From positions 2,656,001 through 2,720,000 of the forward strand of contig CAXXMB010000002.1 in NCBI GenBank assembly GCA_963668675.2: DNA of 64,000 bases, in the 5' to 3' direction. The DNA is from an uncultured Desulfatitalea sp. (GTDB lineage Bacteria > Desulfobacterota > Desulfobacteria > Desulfobacterales > Desulfosarcinaceae). Both the position numbers and the translations under genes were made by a program. Shown in pieces: positions 29,626-39,836 of the stretch. A model generated the notes under the pieces. That model had not been told where the DNA came from and did no database searches. It saw nothing but the letters and a program-made list of their open reading frames with translations. Within the stretch, counting starts at the first letter, position 1. The number at the start of each line of letters is the position of its first letter.

Positions 29626-30807
29626 ATGAAGACGATTATAATGGCCACACTGGCGCTGTTTGCAATTATATTCGGCTATAACCACATTTCAGGCAAACGT
29701 GTTGTTGCCGATCACCATGAAGCGGCCATGCCGGGAAAAACCGCCAGCGCTGTTTTCGCCGGCGGTTGTTTCTGGTGCACAGAGTCGGATTTCGAAAAGG
29801 TCGACGGCGTGATCGAAGCCATCTCGGGATACACCGGCGGCCATGCCGCCAACCCGACCTACGAGCAGGTCTCGGCTGGAGGCACGGGGCATATTGAGTC
29901 GGTGAAGGTGCTCTACGATGAGGATAGGATCTCCTATGAGCAGCTTCTCGAGGTGTTCTGGCGGCACGTGGACCCCACCGACGCCGGCGGCCAGTTCGTG
30001 GACCGGGGTTCCCAGTATGTGAGCGCCATTTTTTATTCGGATGACCGGCAACGGCAATTGGCCGAAGCCTCCAAGGAGCGCTTGGCGTCCTCCGGCCAGT
30101 TCGACAAGCCCATTGCCACCCGGATAATGCCGCTCGAGGAGTTTTACGAGGCGGAAAAATATCACCAGAATTATTACAAAGAGAATCCGATTCGCTATAA
30201 ATGGTATCGGTCCGGATCGGGACGTGACCGCTTCCTGGAAAAGGCATGGGAGATGGACAAGTTCGCCGGCGAGGCCGAAAAAAGAGCCACTGAGATGGGC
30301 AAGAGCGGGGCGATGAAGGAGGGTGGGGCGTACAAGCCCGTTCCCGACGACAAGACCCTGCGTGCCACACTGACGCCCCTTCAATATAAGGTCACCCGGC
30401 ACGAGGGGACCGAGCCGCCGTTCAGAAATGAATATTGGGACAACCATGAAGCGGGCATCTATGTCGACATCATCTCGGGAGAGCCGCTCTTCAGCTCGAC
30501 CCACAAGTTCGAATCCGGGACGGGGTGGCCAAGCTTTTACAAGCCCCTTGAACCCGGCAATGTCATCGAGCGGTCCGACCGCAGCCTCTTCATGGTGCGC
30601 ACCGAGGTGCGCAGCAAGCACGCCGATTCCCACCTGGGGCACATCTTCAATGACGGCCCAAAACCTACCGGCTTGCGCTACTGCATCAATTCGGCCGCTT
30701 TGAGATTCGTTCCTCGGGAGGATCTGGCGAAAGAGGGCTACGGGCGATATCTCTCGCTTTTCAATATGGAGAGCACCGACAGGGCCCATAACGACAGCTC
30801 GGAGTAG
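29626..30807 (+). CDS. msrAB: Exported peptide methionine sulfoxide reductase MsrA/MsrB fusion
   Basis: Signal/anchor, FAGGCFWC and EKYHQNYY (MsrA); [26 protein letters not shown] (MsrB). Confidence 0.95.
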   Translation: MKTIIMATLALFAIIFGYNHISGKRVVADHHEAAMPGKTASAVFAGGCFWCTESDFEKVDGVIEAISGYTGGHAANPTYEQVSAGGTGHIESVKVLYDEDRISYEQLLEVFWRHVDPTDAGGQFVDRGSQYVSAIFYSDDRQRQLAEASKERLASSGQFDKPIATRIMPLEEFYEAEKYHQNYYKENPIRYKWYRSGSGRDRFLEKAWEMDKFAGEAEKRATEMGKSGAMKEGGAYKPVPDDKTLRATLTPLQYKVTRHEGTEPPFRNEYWDNHEAGIYVDIISGEPLFSSTHKFESGTGWPSFYKPLEPGNVIERSDRSLFMVRTEVRSKHADSHLGHIFNDGPKPTGLRYCINSAALRFVPREDLAKEGYGRYLSLFNMESTDRAHNDSSE

Positions 30808-30845
30808 GCTCTGTCGAGAACGTCGCTCCTCGGGATATCCAAACC

Positions 30846-30892
30846 AAAACGGCCCGGCCAACGATCATTCGTTGTACCGGGCCATTTTTTTT
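30846..30892. terminator. Bidirectional intrinsic terminator
   Basis: AAAAC-GGCCCGGCCAACGA..TCGTTGTACCGGGCC-ATTTTTTTT between msrAB and the convergent small ORF. Confidence 0.8.
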
Positions 30893-30933
30893 AATATTCG
30901 CTGTTGCCAGGCGGGGGAGTAAGGCGGGCAGGG

Positions 30934-31080
30934 TCAGCTGCTTTGCTCGAGGCGGCAACTGTCCCGACACACGCGCAGATCTTCGACGCATCCCGAAGGC
31001 ATTTTACGGGTACACTTGGTAAATTGTGCTTCACATAGGCTCATGCAGCCGTTCTTGGTTTCATTTGTGGAATCGCTCAT
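30934..31080 (-). CDS. Small six-cysteine protein (48 aa), absent from the ORF track
   Basis: MSDSTNETKNGCMSLCEAQFTKCTRKMPSGCVEDLRVCRDSCRLEQSS; GGAGG 7 nt before ATG; terminator directly downstream. Confidence 0.7.
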   Translation of the reverse strand: MSDSTNETKNGCMSLCEAQFTKCTRKMPSGCVEDLRVCRDSCRLEQSS

Positions 31081-31150
31081 GGTATCCCTCCAAATCCCCG
31101 TTTGGCGGGGAGCTTAATGTTTAAGGTGAATCCTTCAACGTTTCTCAAAC

Positions 31151-31260
31151 TTACCCTACGATAACCACTCCTGCCCTGCCGGCAAGCCCTTTCGCACGAT
31201 AGTCCCTTAGCGCCGTCGGTATCGTTTCTCGATCGTGTGAGTGGTTGAGACCATGGGTAA
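31151..31260. other. Long imperfect inverted repeat (candidate structured RNA)
   Basis: Nested pairs TTACCC/GGGTAA, AACCACTC/GAGTGGTT and CACGAT/ATCGTG. Confidence 0.4.
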
Positions 31261-31548
31261 CATAAATCGATGAGCGCTGGTATGGTGGTGAATCAGGCAA
31301 ATTGCGCCCGTCCCGAACCCACATGCTTTTTAACGGTGCGGCGGTCGAGCCGCACTTGCTGGGCCACCTCTCCGATTTCGTCGAGGGAGATGGCGCCATG
31401 CGGAGTGCAGCGGGCAAACGGCATCGGCAGGCTGAGCTCACCGGCCTCTGGGATTTTGTATGAGTTCGTCAAGAGTGATTTTCGTTGAGCGGTTCTCCTG
31501 TGAGTATCGGCCGTATCTGTCGTTTGGCCATGGCCAACCTGGCATGGA

Positions 31549-31890
31549 TCACTTGGTTAGTTTCGGATTGTTCCAATGCCGCCTGGCATCGCGGTCGGCT
31601 TTTTTGTCCAGGTTGCGGTTGAGGGCCGCAGTCAGATCCACGCCGGTCTGGTTGGCGATACAGGTGAGCACGAACATGACATCGGCCAGTTCGTCGGCCA
31701 GGGCCTCTTCTTCGCGGGGGCCGTCTTTAAAGCTCTGCTCACCATGGAGCCTCACCATGAGGCGCGCCACCTCGCCCACCTCTTCCATGAGGATACCCAG
31801 GTTCGTCAATTCGCTGAAATAGCGCACACCGAAACGCTTGACCCATTGGTCTACCTTGGTTTGGTACGCGTCGAGTGTCATTGTCTCCAT
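31549..31890 (-). CDS. MazG-like nucleotide pyrophosphohydrolase
   Basis: LMEEVGEVAR..DELADV motif; AGGAG RBS. Confidence 0.9.
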   Translation of the reverse strand: METMTLDAYQTKVDQWVKRFGVRYFSELTNLGILMEEVGEVARLMVRLHGEQSFKDGPREEEALADELADVMFVLTCIANQTGVDLTAALNRNLDKKADRDARRHWNNPKLTK

Positions 31891-31952
31891 GGAATCTCCT
31901 GTTTGTGTGACTCAGGCCGCGCCCGAGATCAGGTCGCGTGGCGGCCATGAAC

Positions 31953-31989
31953 AGACGGGGCGGTGCTCGATACAAGCGCCGCCCCGTCT
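31953..31989 (-). terminator. GC-rich stem-loop between two minus-strand genes
   Basis: AGACGGGGCGG...CCGCCCCGTCT. Confidence 0.55.
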
Positions 31990-32031
31990 AATAGTTGTAT
32001 GGATAAATTGGGTCTGAAGATGAATCGGATG

Positions 32032-32517
32032 TTATGACTGCAGTCCGAGCGCTTTGCTGCACACACGCCAACGACCGTTCTCCTTGACCAGATCGATGGT
32101 CGTATCGACCGGGTAGTCGTCCCCGAGTTGAAAGAGCTTGCCGACGACCATGAAGGCTGGATTGATGGCGACGCGGGTGGTGCCGGTCAGGTGCACGCTG
32201 GCCGAGTCGTTGCTGAGTTCGACGGTTTTGACATGGATGTGGGTGAACATGTGTCGGAGATAGCTGACGTCGAAGCCTCTCTGGGCGGCTTCGTCGGTTT
32301 TGCTGTTCAGAAACGCCTGGACGGCCTCGCTGCTGTCACCCTCGCTGGAGCAGAGCCACTTTTGCATGTCCGCATCCAGGTAGTAGTAGTCCTTGGCAAA
32401 CGCCTTGGCGACGGTTGCCGGTCCCTGCTGGCAATCCAGTCCGATCAGCGCAGCCTGAAGAACGACAAACAGGGCGATCAAAACGACGAAGGGGGCAAAG
32501 CGGTTCAGCGAATCCAT
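32032..32517 (-). CDS. Membrane-anchored hypothetical protein (NTF2-like fold possible)
   Basis: N-terminal TM, GPATVAKAFAKDYY..LVKENGRWRVC; AAGGAGG RBS. Confidence 0.7.
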   Translation of the reverse strand: MDSLNRFAPFVVLIALFVVLQAALIGLDCQQGPATVAKAFAKDYYYLDADMQKWLCSSEGDSSEAVQAFLNSKTDEAAQRGFDVSYLRHMFTHIHVKTVELSNDSASVHLTGTTRVAINPAFMVVGKLFQLGDDYPVDTTIDLVKENGRWRVCSKALGLQS

Positions 32518-32746
32518 GGTATCAACCTCCTTATGGCGATGCGTTTGGCCATTTTCGGCATCGGTTGGAGCAACATAATCGGAGTGTGCATAACATGTCC
32601 GAGAGGGCATGACAAGGGATTTGGGCGGTCGGACAAGGCCGTGCTCAAGTTGACCCCCCTTGGAGAATCGGCTATCTTGAAATTATAGCTTCATCGACTT
32701 GCCCATGAAAAACGCTTCTCGTCATTTGCCCCCTGAAGGAAATGCC

Positions 32747-35017
32747 ATGGCACCCTTTCTCAGAAGATTGCGCAACAGCCTGATCACCAAACTGCTGCTC
32801 AGTGTCGGAGCCATCGTGCTGGTGTGCCTTTGCGTCTGGGGGTTTTATAACAATCGCTATTTGAAACACAAGGTGATGGATGACCTGACCACGAACATGG
32901 ACCGTTTGAGCAATACCATCCGTTTGGGCACCCACTATGCCATGATGCTCAACTCCCGCGATGACATCAAGCAGATCATCAACAACGTCGCCCGGCAGAA
33001 CGACATTGAGAATATCCGCATCTACAACAAGGATGGCGAAATCAAATATTCCAATCGTCCCGAGGAGGTGGACCAGCAGACCAATATTAAGGCGGAGGCG
33101 TGTTATATCTGCCACAAAATCGAACCGCCGGTGGTCTCCGTTCCGCTGGCCGAACGGGTGCGCATCATTCGATCGGATAGCGGATACCGGATGATGGGGA
33201 TCATCAGCCCGGTCTACAACGAGCAGGGCTGCGCCACCGATGAGTGCCATGTTCACCCGGTGGACAAGCAGGTGCTCGGAGCGCTGGATCTGGTCGTCTC
33301 GCTTAAGGAGGCGGACCAGGAGATCAATGTATATCAGCGCAATCTGATCCTGTTGGCGGTGGGATTGTTCCTGGGCACCGCTTCGATGATCGTCATCATC
33401 ATCTTCCGGTTCGTTACGGTACCGGTCAAACGCCTGATCAAGGGGGCTCGAAATATAGAGGGTGGAGATTACGGTACCTCCGTGCAGATCAGCCAGAAAG
33501 ATGAGATGCAGGAGTTGGCCCAGGCCATCAATCAGATGGGGCGATCCATCGGTGAAAAGACCCGGGCACTCAACCGGCAGCGCGACGAATACCAGAATCT
33601 TTTCGGAACCGTGCCGTGTATCATCACCGTACAGGATCACGATTACCGTATCATCGAGTACAACCGTGAATTTGCCGATAATTTTCATCCGCAGCCGGGC
33701 GCATTCTGCTACCAGGCCTATAAAGGTCGGGACCGAAAATGCATCGTCTGCCCGGTAGAAAAGACTTTTGAGGACGGGCTGTCGCACTACAGCGAGGAGT
33801 CGGCCGTCGATAAGGACGGCACGGTGAGGCATTGGATCGTGCGCACCACCCCGATCAAGGATGCCGAGGGAAACATCGTCGCCGCCATGGAGATGAATCT
33901 CGATATATCCGAGCGCAAGCAGTTGGAAGAGAAACTGGCCCACTCGGAGAAGAAGTATCACGCGATTTTCAACAACATTCCAAATCCGGTATTCGTTCTG
34001 GAGCCGTTCAAGCTGCTGATCCTGGACTGCAACGAAAGCGTGACTGGGGTTTACGGGTATCAGCGTCAAGAGATGGTGGGCAGGTCATTTCTGGATCTTT
34101 TCTGGGACCGTCCCGGTTCGGTTGAAGTGGCCGGGTTGAAGCCGGCAACCGTTATCGAGCGGGCCAAGCACCGCAGCAAGGAGGGCCAACTGCGCTATGT
34201 CACCATCCGGGTGTCGCCCTCCGAGTATGGCGGGTTGAGGGTTCTCCTGGTCACCATCAGCGATATCACGGCGAGGTTGGAGGCCGAGCAGCAATTGATC
34301 CAGGCCAGCAAAATGGCCACGCTGGGCGAGATGGCCACCGGTGTGGCCCATGAGTTGAACCAGCCGCTCTCGGTCATCAAGACCGCCAGCAATTTTTTCA
34401 TGCGCAAGCTGCGCGGCAAGGAGCCGATTGCAGAGGATATTCTCTTCACGATGTCCGAAGAGATTGACAGCCATGTGCAGCGGGCCACCAAGATCATCAA
34501 CCACATGCGCCAATTCGGCCGCAAGACCGACCCTAATCTGGAACGGGTGCAGGTCAACGATGTTCTGAGCCAGGCTTTCGATATCTTCAGCCAACAGCTC
34601 AAGGTGCGAGGCATCGAGGTGGTCTGGGATATCACTCCGGATCTGCCTCTGGTGATGGGGGATCCGGGACGACTGGAGCAGGTGATCATCAACTTGCTGA
34701 TCAATGCCCGCGATGCCATCGAAGCGCGCAGCGCCGGTTCTCCCGCGAAGGCGTTGTCCCACATGATCAAGTTGGCAACAGCCCAAAAGGATGGCAAAGT
34801 GGTGATCTCTGTCTGCGACACGGGTACCGGCATCAGCGAGGAGATGGCCGAGCGCATTTTCGAGCCCTTCTTTACGACCAAAAAAGTCGGCCAGGGTACC
34901 GGCCTGGGTCTCTCTATCAGCTACGGCATCATCAAGGAGTGCAGCGGCGAAATATACGTCCGGCCCAATCCGGAGGGAGGCGCCTGTTTCTTCATCGAGT
35001 TTCCTGTTCCGGAGTAG
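32747..35017 (+). CDS. Sensor histidine kinase: periplasmic heme-motif domain, HAMP, 2 PAS, HisKA, HATPase
   Basis: TM-flanked CYICH and CATDECH; HAMP DEMQEL; PAS with CY..C..CPV; VAHELNQP; GTGLGL. Confidence 0.92.
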   Translation: MAPFLRRLRNSLITKLLLSVGAIVLVCLCVWGFYNNRYLKHKVMDDLTTNMDRLSNTIRLGTHYAMMLNSRDDIKQIINNVARQNDIENIRIYNKDGEIKYSNRPEEVDQQTNIKAEACYICHKIEPPVVSVPLAERVRIIRSDSGYRMMGIISPVYNEQGCATDECHVHPVDKQVLGALDLVVSLKEADQEINVYQRNLILLAVGLFLGTASMIVIIIFRFVTVPVKRLIKGARNIEGGDYGTSVQISQKDEMQELAQAINQMGRSIGEKTRALNRQRDEYQNLFGTVPCIITVQDHDYRIIEYNREFADNFHPQPGAFCYQAYKGRDRKCIVCPVEKTFEDGLSHYSEESAVDKDGTVRHWIVRTTPIKDAEGNIVAAMEMNLDISERKQLEEKLAHSEKKYHAIFNNIPNPVFVLEPFKLLILDCNESVTGVYGYQRQEMVGRSFLDLFWDRPGSVEVAGLKPATVIERAKHRSKEGQLRYVTIRVSPSEYGGLRVLLVTISDITARLEAEQQLIQASKMATLGEMATGVAHELNQPLSVIKTASNFFMRKLRGKEPIAEDILFTMSEEIDSHVQRATKIINHMRQFGRKTDPNLERVQVNDVLSQAFDIFSQQLKVRGIEVVWDITPDLPLVMGDPGRLEQVIINLLINARDAIEARSAGSPAKALSHMIKLATAQKDGKVVISVCDTGTGISEEMAERIFEPFFTTKKVGQGTGLGLSISYGIIKECSGEIYVRPNPEGGACFFIEFPVPE

Positions 35018-35079
35018 GTGCATCGATTCGAGGACTTGGCTCCGGCAACAAAAGCAGTGACAACATCTCGGAAAATACA

Positions 35080-36219
35080 ATGACGATCGACATTCTGCTT
35101 GTAGATGATGAACAGGGTATTCGCAAAGTGCTCGGCATTGCGCTGGCCGATCGGGGTTTTCGTGTCCATACGGCCGCCGATGCCCAGGAGGCCCTCTCCC
35201 TGTTCGATCGGCTGGCGCCATCGATTGTGCTGACCGACATCAAAATGCCCGGCATGGACGGCATCGACCTGCTTCGGGAGCTCAAACGCCGCAATCCCGA
35301 AACCGAGGTGATCATGATCACCGGGCACGGGGACATGGACCTGGCCATTCGGAGCCTCAAGCACGAGGCGACCGATTACATCGCCAAACCGATCGATGAT
35401 GACATTCTCGATGTGGCGCTGAGGAGGGCCCGGGAGCGCATTGCCCTCAGGGCTCAGTTGCGGGACTATACAGAGAATCTCGAACGCTTGGTAGAGGAGA
35501 AGAGCCGACAGTTGATCCAGGCCGAACGGCTGGCTGCCATGGGTGAGACTGTGGCTGGCTTGGCCCACGCCATCAAGAATATCACCGGGGGCCTCAAAGG
35601 AGGCGCGTTTGTGGTTGAAAAGGGGTTTGAGCTGGAGAATCGGGAGTACCTCAAGCAGGGCTGGCGTATGCTCCGCGACAATGTGGCCCGTGTCGAACAA
35701 CTTAGTCTGGATCTGCTCGATATCGCCAAGCCCGGCGCCCTGACGTTTGAGCCAACCGATCCCTGCATTCCACTGCGTGCGGTATATGACCTGATGCGAC
35801 CCCAGGCCGAAATGTTCGACGTCCGCTTGACCCTTCGATGTGGAGAAGGCTTGGTGCCGATTCCAATGGCGCCGGAGGCGATCAACCGCTGCCTGCTCAA
35901 TTTGGTGACCAACGCCCTGGATGCTTGCAAAGAGAACCTGGGAAAGTGCACTGAGCCTTCGGTTGCAATGGCCGTCGCTGTCTGTGAAGATGGTGTGCGC
36001 TACCGAATTCAAGATAACTGCGGCGGCATGGATGCGACGGTCGAGTCGCGATTGTTCAACGGTTTTTTCACCACCAAGGGGAGCCGCGGCACCGGCATCG
36101 GCCTGATGCTCACCCGCAAAATTGTGGATAGCCACCGGGGAAAGATCCGAGTTCTCTCTGAAAAGGGCCGCGGCAGCACCTTCGAAATCCGCCTTCCATC
36201 CGTCCAACCCTCCTCATAA
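35080..36219 (+). CDS. Hybrid REC-histidine kinase
   Basis: LLVDDE..TDIKMP..KP; LAHAIKN H-box; NALDA; GTGIGL. Confidence 0.9.
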   Translation: MTIDILLVDDEQGIRKVLGIALADRGFRVHTAADAQEALSLFDRLAPSIVLTDIKMPGMDGIDLLRELKRRNPETEVIMITGHGDMDLAIRSLKHEATDYIAKPIDDDILDVALRRARERIALRAQLRDYTENLERLVEEKSRQLIQAERLAAMGETVAGLAHAIKNITGGLKGGAFVVEKGFELENREYLKQGWRMLRDNVARVEQLSLDLLDIAKPGALTFEPTDPCIPLRAVYDLMRPQAEMFDVRLTLRCGEGLVPIPMAPEAINRCLLNLVTNALDACKENLGKCTEPSVAMAVAVCEDGVRYRIQDNCGGMDATVESRLFNGFFTTKGSRGTGIGLMLTRKIVDSHRGKIRVLSEKGRGSTFEIRLPSVQPSS

Positions 36220-36345
36220 TCGCTGTGGCCAAGCTCTCTTTTACCTCCTAATGCTCTGAAATAAAATGAATATGTTGCCTTCGTATCCTTTGGGGCGACA
36301 GAATCGACAATTTTGATTCATTCGAATAATATCGTTCAGAAAAAA

Positions 36346-36383
36346 CTTGACGCTTCAGCATTAACCTCACTATATAAGTCAAG
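36346..36383 (+). promoter_or_regulatory. Candidate sigma70 promoter of the rrf2-hmc operon
   Basis: TTGACG (36347) and TATATA (36371), bracketed by inverted CTTGAC/GTCAAG. Confidence 0.4.
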
Positions 36384-36523
36384 AAACAGAAACAGCTAAC
36401 ATCTGTTCGTCGAGCAGCTGGATTCAGCCACCTGATCGAATTGCCGGTACCGCAGCAAAGTGGCGTCGTCGATCCAAGCGGGTGGCCGATGCAGGCGGAC
36501 GCAACGCCGAAAGTGGCGATGAT

Positions 36524-36973
36524 ATGCTAACTCCGACCAAAAAAGGCCAATACGCCTTGCGTGCCGTCTATGAACTGGCGAAGCATCAAGGCCGGGGGCC
36601 GACCAAGATATCAGCCATTGCCGATGCCCAAGCCATACCCCACCGATTTCTGGAAGTTATTCTCCACCAGCTTAAAGGCAGCGGCTTGGTTGCCTCCAAA
36701 AGAGGCTTTTACGGCGGTTACCTGTTGACCCGGCCCCCTGATAACATCACCGTTGGTGAGATTCTCAGGTATGTTCACAAGGAGATGGCCGCGGCAGAGT
36801 GCGTGGCCTGCATCTCGGTGAAGAGCTGCCCGTTTGAAGGAAAGTGCGCCTTTTCCGCATTGTGGCAGCGGGCCAAAACCGCTGTATTTAAGGTTTATGA
36901 TGACACCACCTTGCAAGATCTGCTCGACGACAACGACGCGGTCAAGGTGTTGGATCCCCGGTGCGTCGCCTGA
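36524..36973 (+). CDS. Rrf2 family transcriptional regulator (Cys-rich)
   Basis: YALRAVYELA, SKRGFYGGYLL, ITVGEI, CVAC..C..C. Confidence 0.92.
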   Translation: MLTPTKKGQYALRAVYELAKHQGRGPTKISAIADAQAIPHRFLEVILHQLKGSGLVASKRGFYGGYLLTRPPDNITVGEILRYVHKEMAAAECVACISVKSCPFEGKCAFSALWQRAKTAVFKVYDDTTLQDLLDDNDAVKVLDPRCVA

Positions 36974-36999
36974 ACGCACCCCTGTGCCAAGGAGTGTCT

Positions 37000-38625
37000 A
37001 TGCAAGGATTCACGAAGATGGGCAAAGGTTTAAATCGACACATCAACAAGCTGTTCCTGCTGTCCGGATTGCTTCTGTTGACCGCGCTGCTGGTCTCGTT
37101 GGCCATTGCCATGCAGGAGCAGCCGGGGCTGGATTCGGGGCGGGCCGACATCGTCACCATCGACGGGCTGAAAGCGTTCGGCCCCCTGGAGCGCCCCCCC
37201 GTCATCTTCCTTCATGACAAGCACACCGAGGCGCTGGCCAAGGAGAAGAAGGATTGCCTCGCCTGTCATCTAAAAGGTGAAAAGTATCTCTCGCTCAAAT
37301 ACCAGCGTACCGAGGACACGGACAAGCAGGCCGTCATGGACACCTATCACGAAGGGTGCATCGCCTGCCATACGGAGTATCGCAAACAGGACAAACCCTC
37401 CGGTCCGGTCACCTGCGGTGAGTGCCATGTCCAGGATAAGGCGGTGGAAAATATCCGTGCCGCCATCGGACTGGACAAGTCGCTGCACTACCGGCATGCC
37501 AAAGCCAATGAGAACAAGTGTGAGCGTTGTCATCACGCATACAATCCCGAAACCAAAAAACTCTTTTATGACAAAGGCAAAGAGGGCGCTTGCCTGTACT
37601 GCCACAAGGAGAAAACAGAGGAGAACCGCATCGCTTTTCGGCAGGCGGCTCATATGGACTGCCTGGGTTGCCACCGGGATCTGACGGCAAAGAAGAAGGA
37701 TGCGGGACCAATCGTATGCGCCGGCTGCCACGATCCCAAAGAGCAGGCCTACATTGCCAAGGTGGAGGAGATTCCCCGGTTGGAGCGCAACCAGCCGGAT
37801 ATCACCCTGGTAAAGAGCCACAGAAAAGATGCGGCTGAAAAGGACCCCAAACCGCGCATGGCTGTGGTCCCGTTCGACCACCGCAAGCATGAAGGCTTTG
37901 CCCAGTATTGCCGCACCTGTCACCACGCCGAACTCACCTCCTGTGCCAGTTGCCATCCGATTCAGGGGCATGCGGATGGAAAGATGGTCAAGCTGGCCCA
38001 GGCCATGCACCAGCAGGATGCGCAGATGAGCTGTATCGGCTGCCACAAAGAGCAGCAATTGCGGCCCGAGTGTGCCGGTTGCCACGCCAGCATGCCGGCC
38101 GAAAAGGTTTGGGCCAGTGAGGTGGCCTGTAAGGTTTGCCATATGCCCCAGGAAACACCGGTAACGCGACCTGAGGACGAAACACTGGCCAGGGAGATGG
38201 CCGCACCGCTGATCGAAGCGCGCCGCCAGGTGCCGGCGGCGGTGTCGATCGAGGAGATCCCTGAAGTCGTGACCATCGACCATTTGATGGATGCCTACGA
38301 GGCGGTAAAGATGCCCCACCGCCAGATCGTGATGAAACTGGCCCAAATGGTGAAAGACGATGGCTTGGCCCGTTCGTTTCACACCGAGCCGACCACCCTC
38401 TGCCAGGGGTGCCATCACAACAGCCCGGCTTCGCTCAAGCCGCCGCAGTGCGGCGCCTGCCATGGCAGGACTTCGGACGCACTGAACATCACCCGGCCCG
38501 GATTGATGGCGGCCTACCACGAACAGTGCATGCTGTGTCACGAAAAGATGGAGATCGGCAAGCCGGCCAAGCGCGATTGCGCGGCCTGCCATGCCAAGCG
38601 CACATCATCTCAGCGCAACAATTGA
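37000..38625 (+). CDS. hmcA: 16-heme high-molecular-weight cytochrome c
   Basis: Signal peptide and 16 counted CxxCH motifs; [13 protein letters not shown]. Confidence 0.95.
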   Translation: MQGFTKMGKGLNRHINKLFLLSGLLLLTALLVSLAIAMQEQPGLDSGRADIVTIDGLKAFGPLERPPVIFLHDKHTEALAKEKKDCLACHLKGEKYLSLKYQRTEDTDKQAVMDTYHEGCIACHTEYRKQDKPSGPVTCGECHVQDKAVENIRAAIGLDKSLHYRHAKANENKCERCHHAYNPETKKLFYDKGKEGACLYCHKEKTEENRIAFRQAAHMDCLGCHRDLTAKKKDAGPIVCAGCHDPKEQAYIAKVEEIPRLERNQPDITLVKSHRKDAAEKDPKPRMAVVPFDHRKHEGFAQYCRTCHHAELTSCASCHPIQGHADGKMVKLAQAMHQQDAQMSCIGCHKEQQLRPECAGCHASMPAEKVWASEVACKVCHMPQETPVTRPEDETLAREMAAPLIEARRQVPAAVSIEEIPEVVTIDHLMDAYEAVKMPHRQIVMKLAQMVKDDGLARSFHTEPTTLCQGCHHNSPASLKPPQCGACHGRTSDALNITRPGLMAAYHEQCMLCHEKMEIGKPAKRDCAACHAKRTSSQRNN

Positions 38626-38635
38626 GGGAATACGC

Positions 38636-39718
38636 ATGTCGATTTCACGCAGAAAATTTTTGGGTTGGATGGGCGCCGCAGGAGTGGCCGGCGCCGCGAG
38701 CCGAACGGCCAGGGCGGCCTCCAACAAAGAGTTTAAAGGCTACGACGACAGCAATGCCGTGCTGCATGACATCACCCGCTGTATCGGCTGCCGCAGGTGC
38801 GAGGCGGCCTGCAACACCGTCAACGAACTGCCGGCGCCCGATAAGCCCTTCGATGACCTGACGGTCCTTGAAATGCGGCGGCGCACCACGGCCAAGGACT
38901 ATACCATCGTCAATCGCCACTTTTCCCACCACAATGACCAGCAGCCCGCTTTTGTAAAGACGCAATGCAATCACTGCCTCGAACCGGCCTGCGCGTCGGC
39001 CTGTTTCGTCAAGGCGTTCACCAAAACGCCCGAGGGGGCCGTGATTTACAATGCCGATGTGTGCGTGGGGTGCCGCTACTGCATGGTGGCCTGCCCGTTC
39101 GATGTACCGGCATACGAGTACCACAAGGCCCTGGACCCCAAAATCATGAAGTGCACCATGTGCCATCCGCGCATCCTCGAGGGCAAACTTCCGGGCTGCG
39201 TCGAAGCGTGCCCCACCGAGGCGCTGGTGTTCGGCAAGCGCGATGAGTTGATTCGCGTGGCCAGGGACCGCATCCACACCTACCCCGAACGCTATGTGGA
39301 TCACATATATGGCGAAAAGGAGATGGGCGGGACCAGCTGGCTATACCTGTCGGCAGTGCCGTTTTCGGAATTGGGCTTGCGGGAAGATCTCGGCACCAAG
39401 GCGGCCGGCGAGTATACATCGGGCGCACTGGGCGCCGTGCCGATTGTCATCGGACTGTGGCCGGTGCTGCTCACCGGCATTTACGCCATCAACAAGCGCA
39501 AGGAGAAGATCTCCGCCGAAGAGCAGGCCGCCGCGGTAGCCAGTGCAGTGGAGCAGGCCAACAGCGAGGCCGAAGGAAGACTCAAGACGGCCCTGGAGAA
39601 GGCGGAGCAGAATCAGGCGGCGGCTGTCGAACGTGAGGTGAAGAAGGCGATGGAAGAGGCTGCTAAAGCCAACGAGAATCCGGAATCGTCCGACAGCGGT
39701 GGCGAGGACCAGGCGTAA
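38636..39718 (+). CDS. hmcB: Hmc complex periplasmic 4Fe-4S subunit
   Basis: Tat motif SRRKFL, four ferredoxin Cys groups, [12 protein letters not shown]-terminal TM and Ala/Glu-rich tail. Confidence 0.93.
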   Translation: MSISRRKFLGWMGAAGVAGAASRTARAASNKEFKGYDDSNAVLHDITRCIGCRRCEAACNTVNELPAPDKPFDDLTVLEMRRRTTAKDYTIVNRHFSHHNDQQPAFVKTQCNHCLEPACASACFVKAFTKTPEGAVIYNADVCVGCRYCMVACPFDVPAYEYHKALDPKIMKCTMCHPRILEGKLPGCVEACPTEALVFGKRDELIRVARDRIHTYPERYVDHIYGEKEMGGTSWLYLSAVPFSELGLREDLGTKAAGEYTSGALGAVPIVIGLWPVLLTGIYAINKRKEKISAEEQAAAVASAVEQANSEAEGRLKTALEKAEQNQAAAVEREVKKAMEEAAKANENPESSDSGGEDQA

Positions 39719-39836
39719 ACGATACCGGATCGATTCAGATTCGGTCGAAGCATTCAAGTGGTCGTATCACAGTGTGCGCTGCGCGCATGAACTGCCCCGA
39801 TGAGACGAGATGGTATGGGGCTTCAGGAGGCTTTTC

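Noticed and set aside
31283..31330. GGTGAATC...GTCCCGAACCC resembles part of the c-di-AMP (ydaO) riboswitch
   Set aside because: The 5' conserved elements and the GxCAGCTAAC continuation are missing, and no plus-strand gene follows.
37270..38592. Long antisense ORFs (for example 37270-38592, 32672-34069, 34921-36207, 46095-47405, 29689-30861)
   Set aside because: They are shadows of well-supported genes in GC-rich DNA and carry no motifs.
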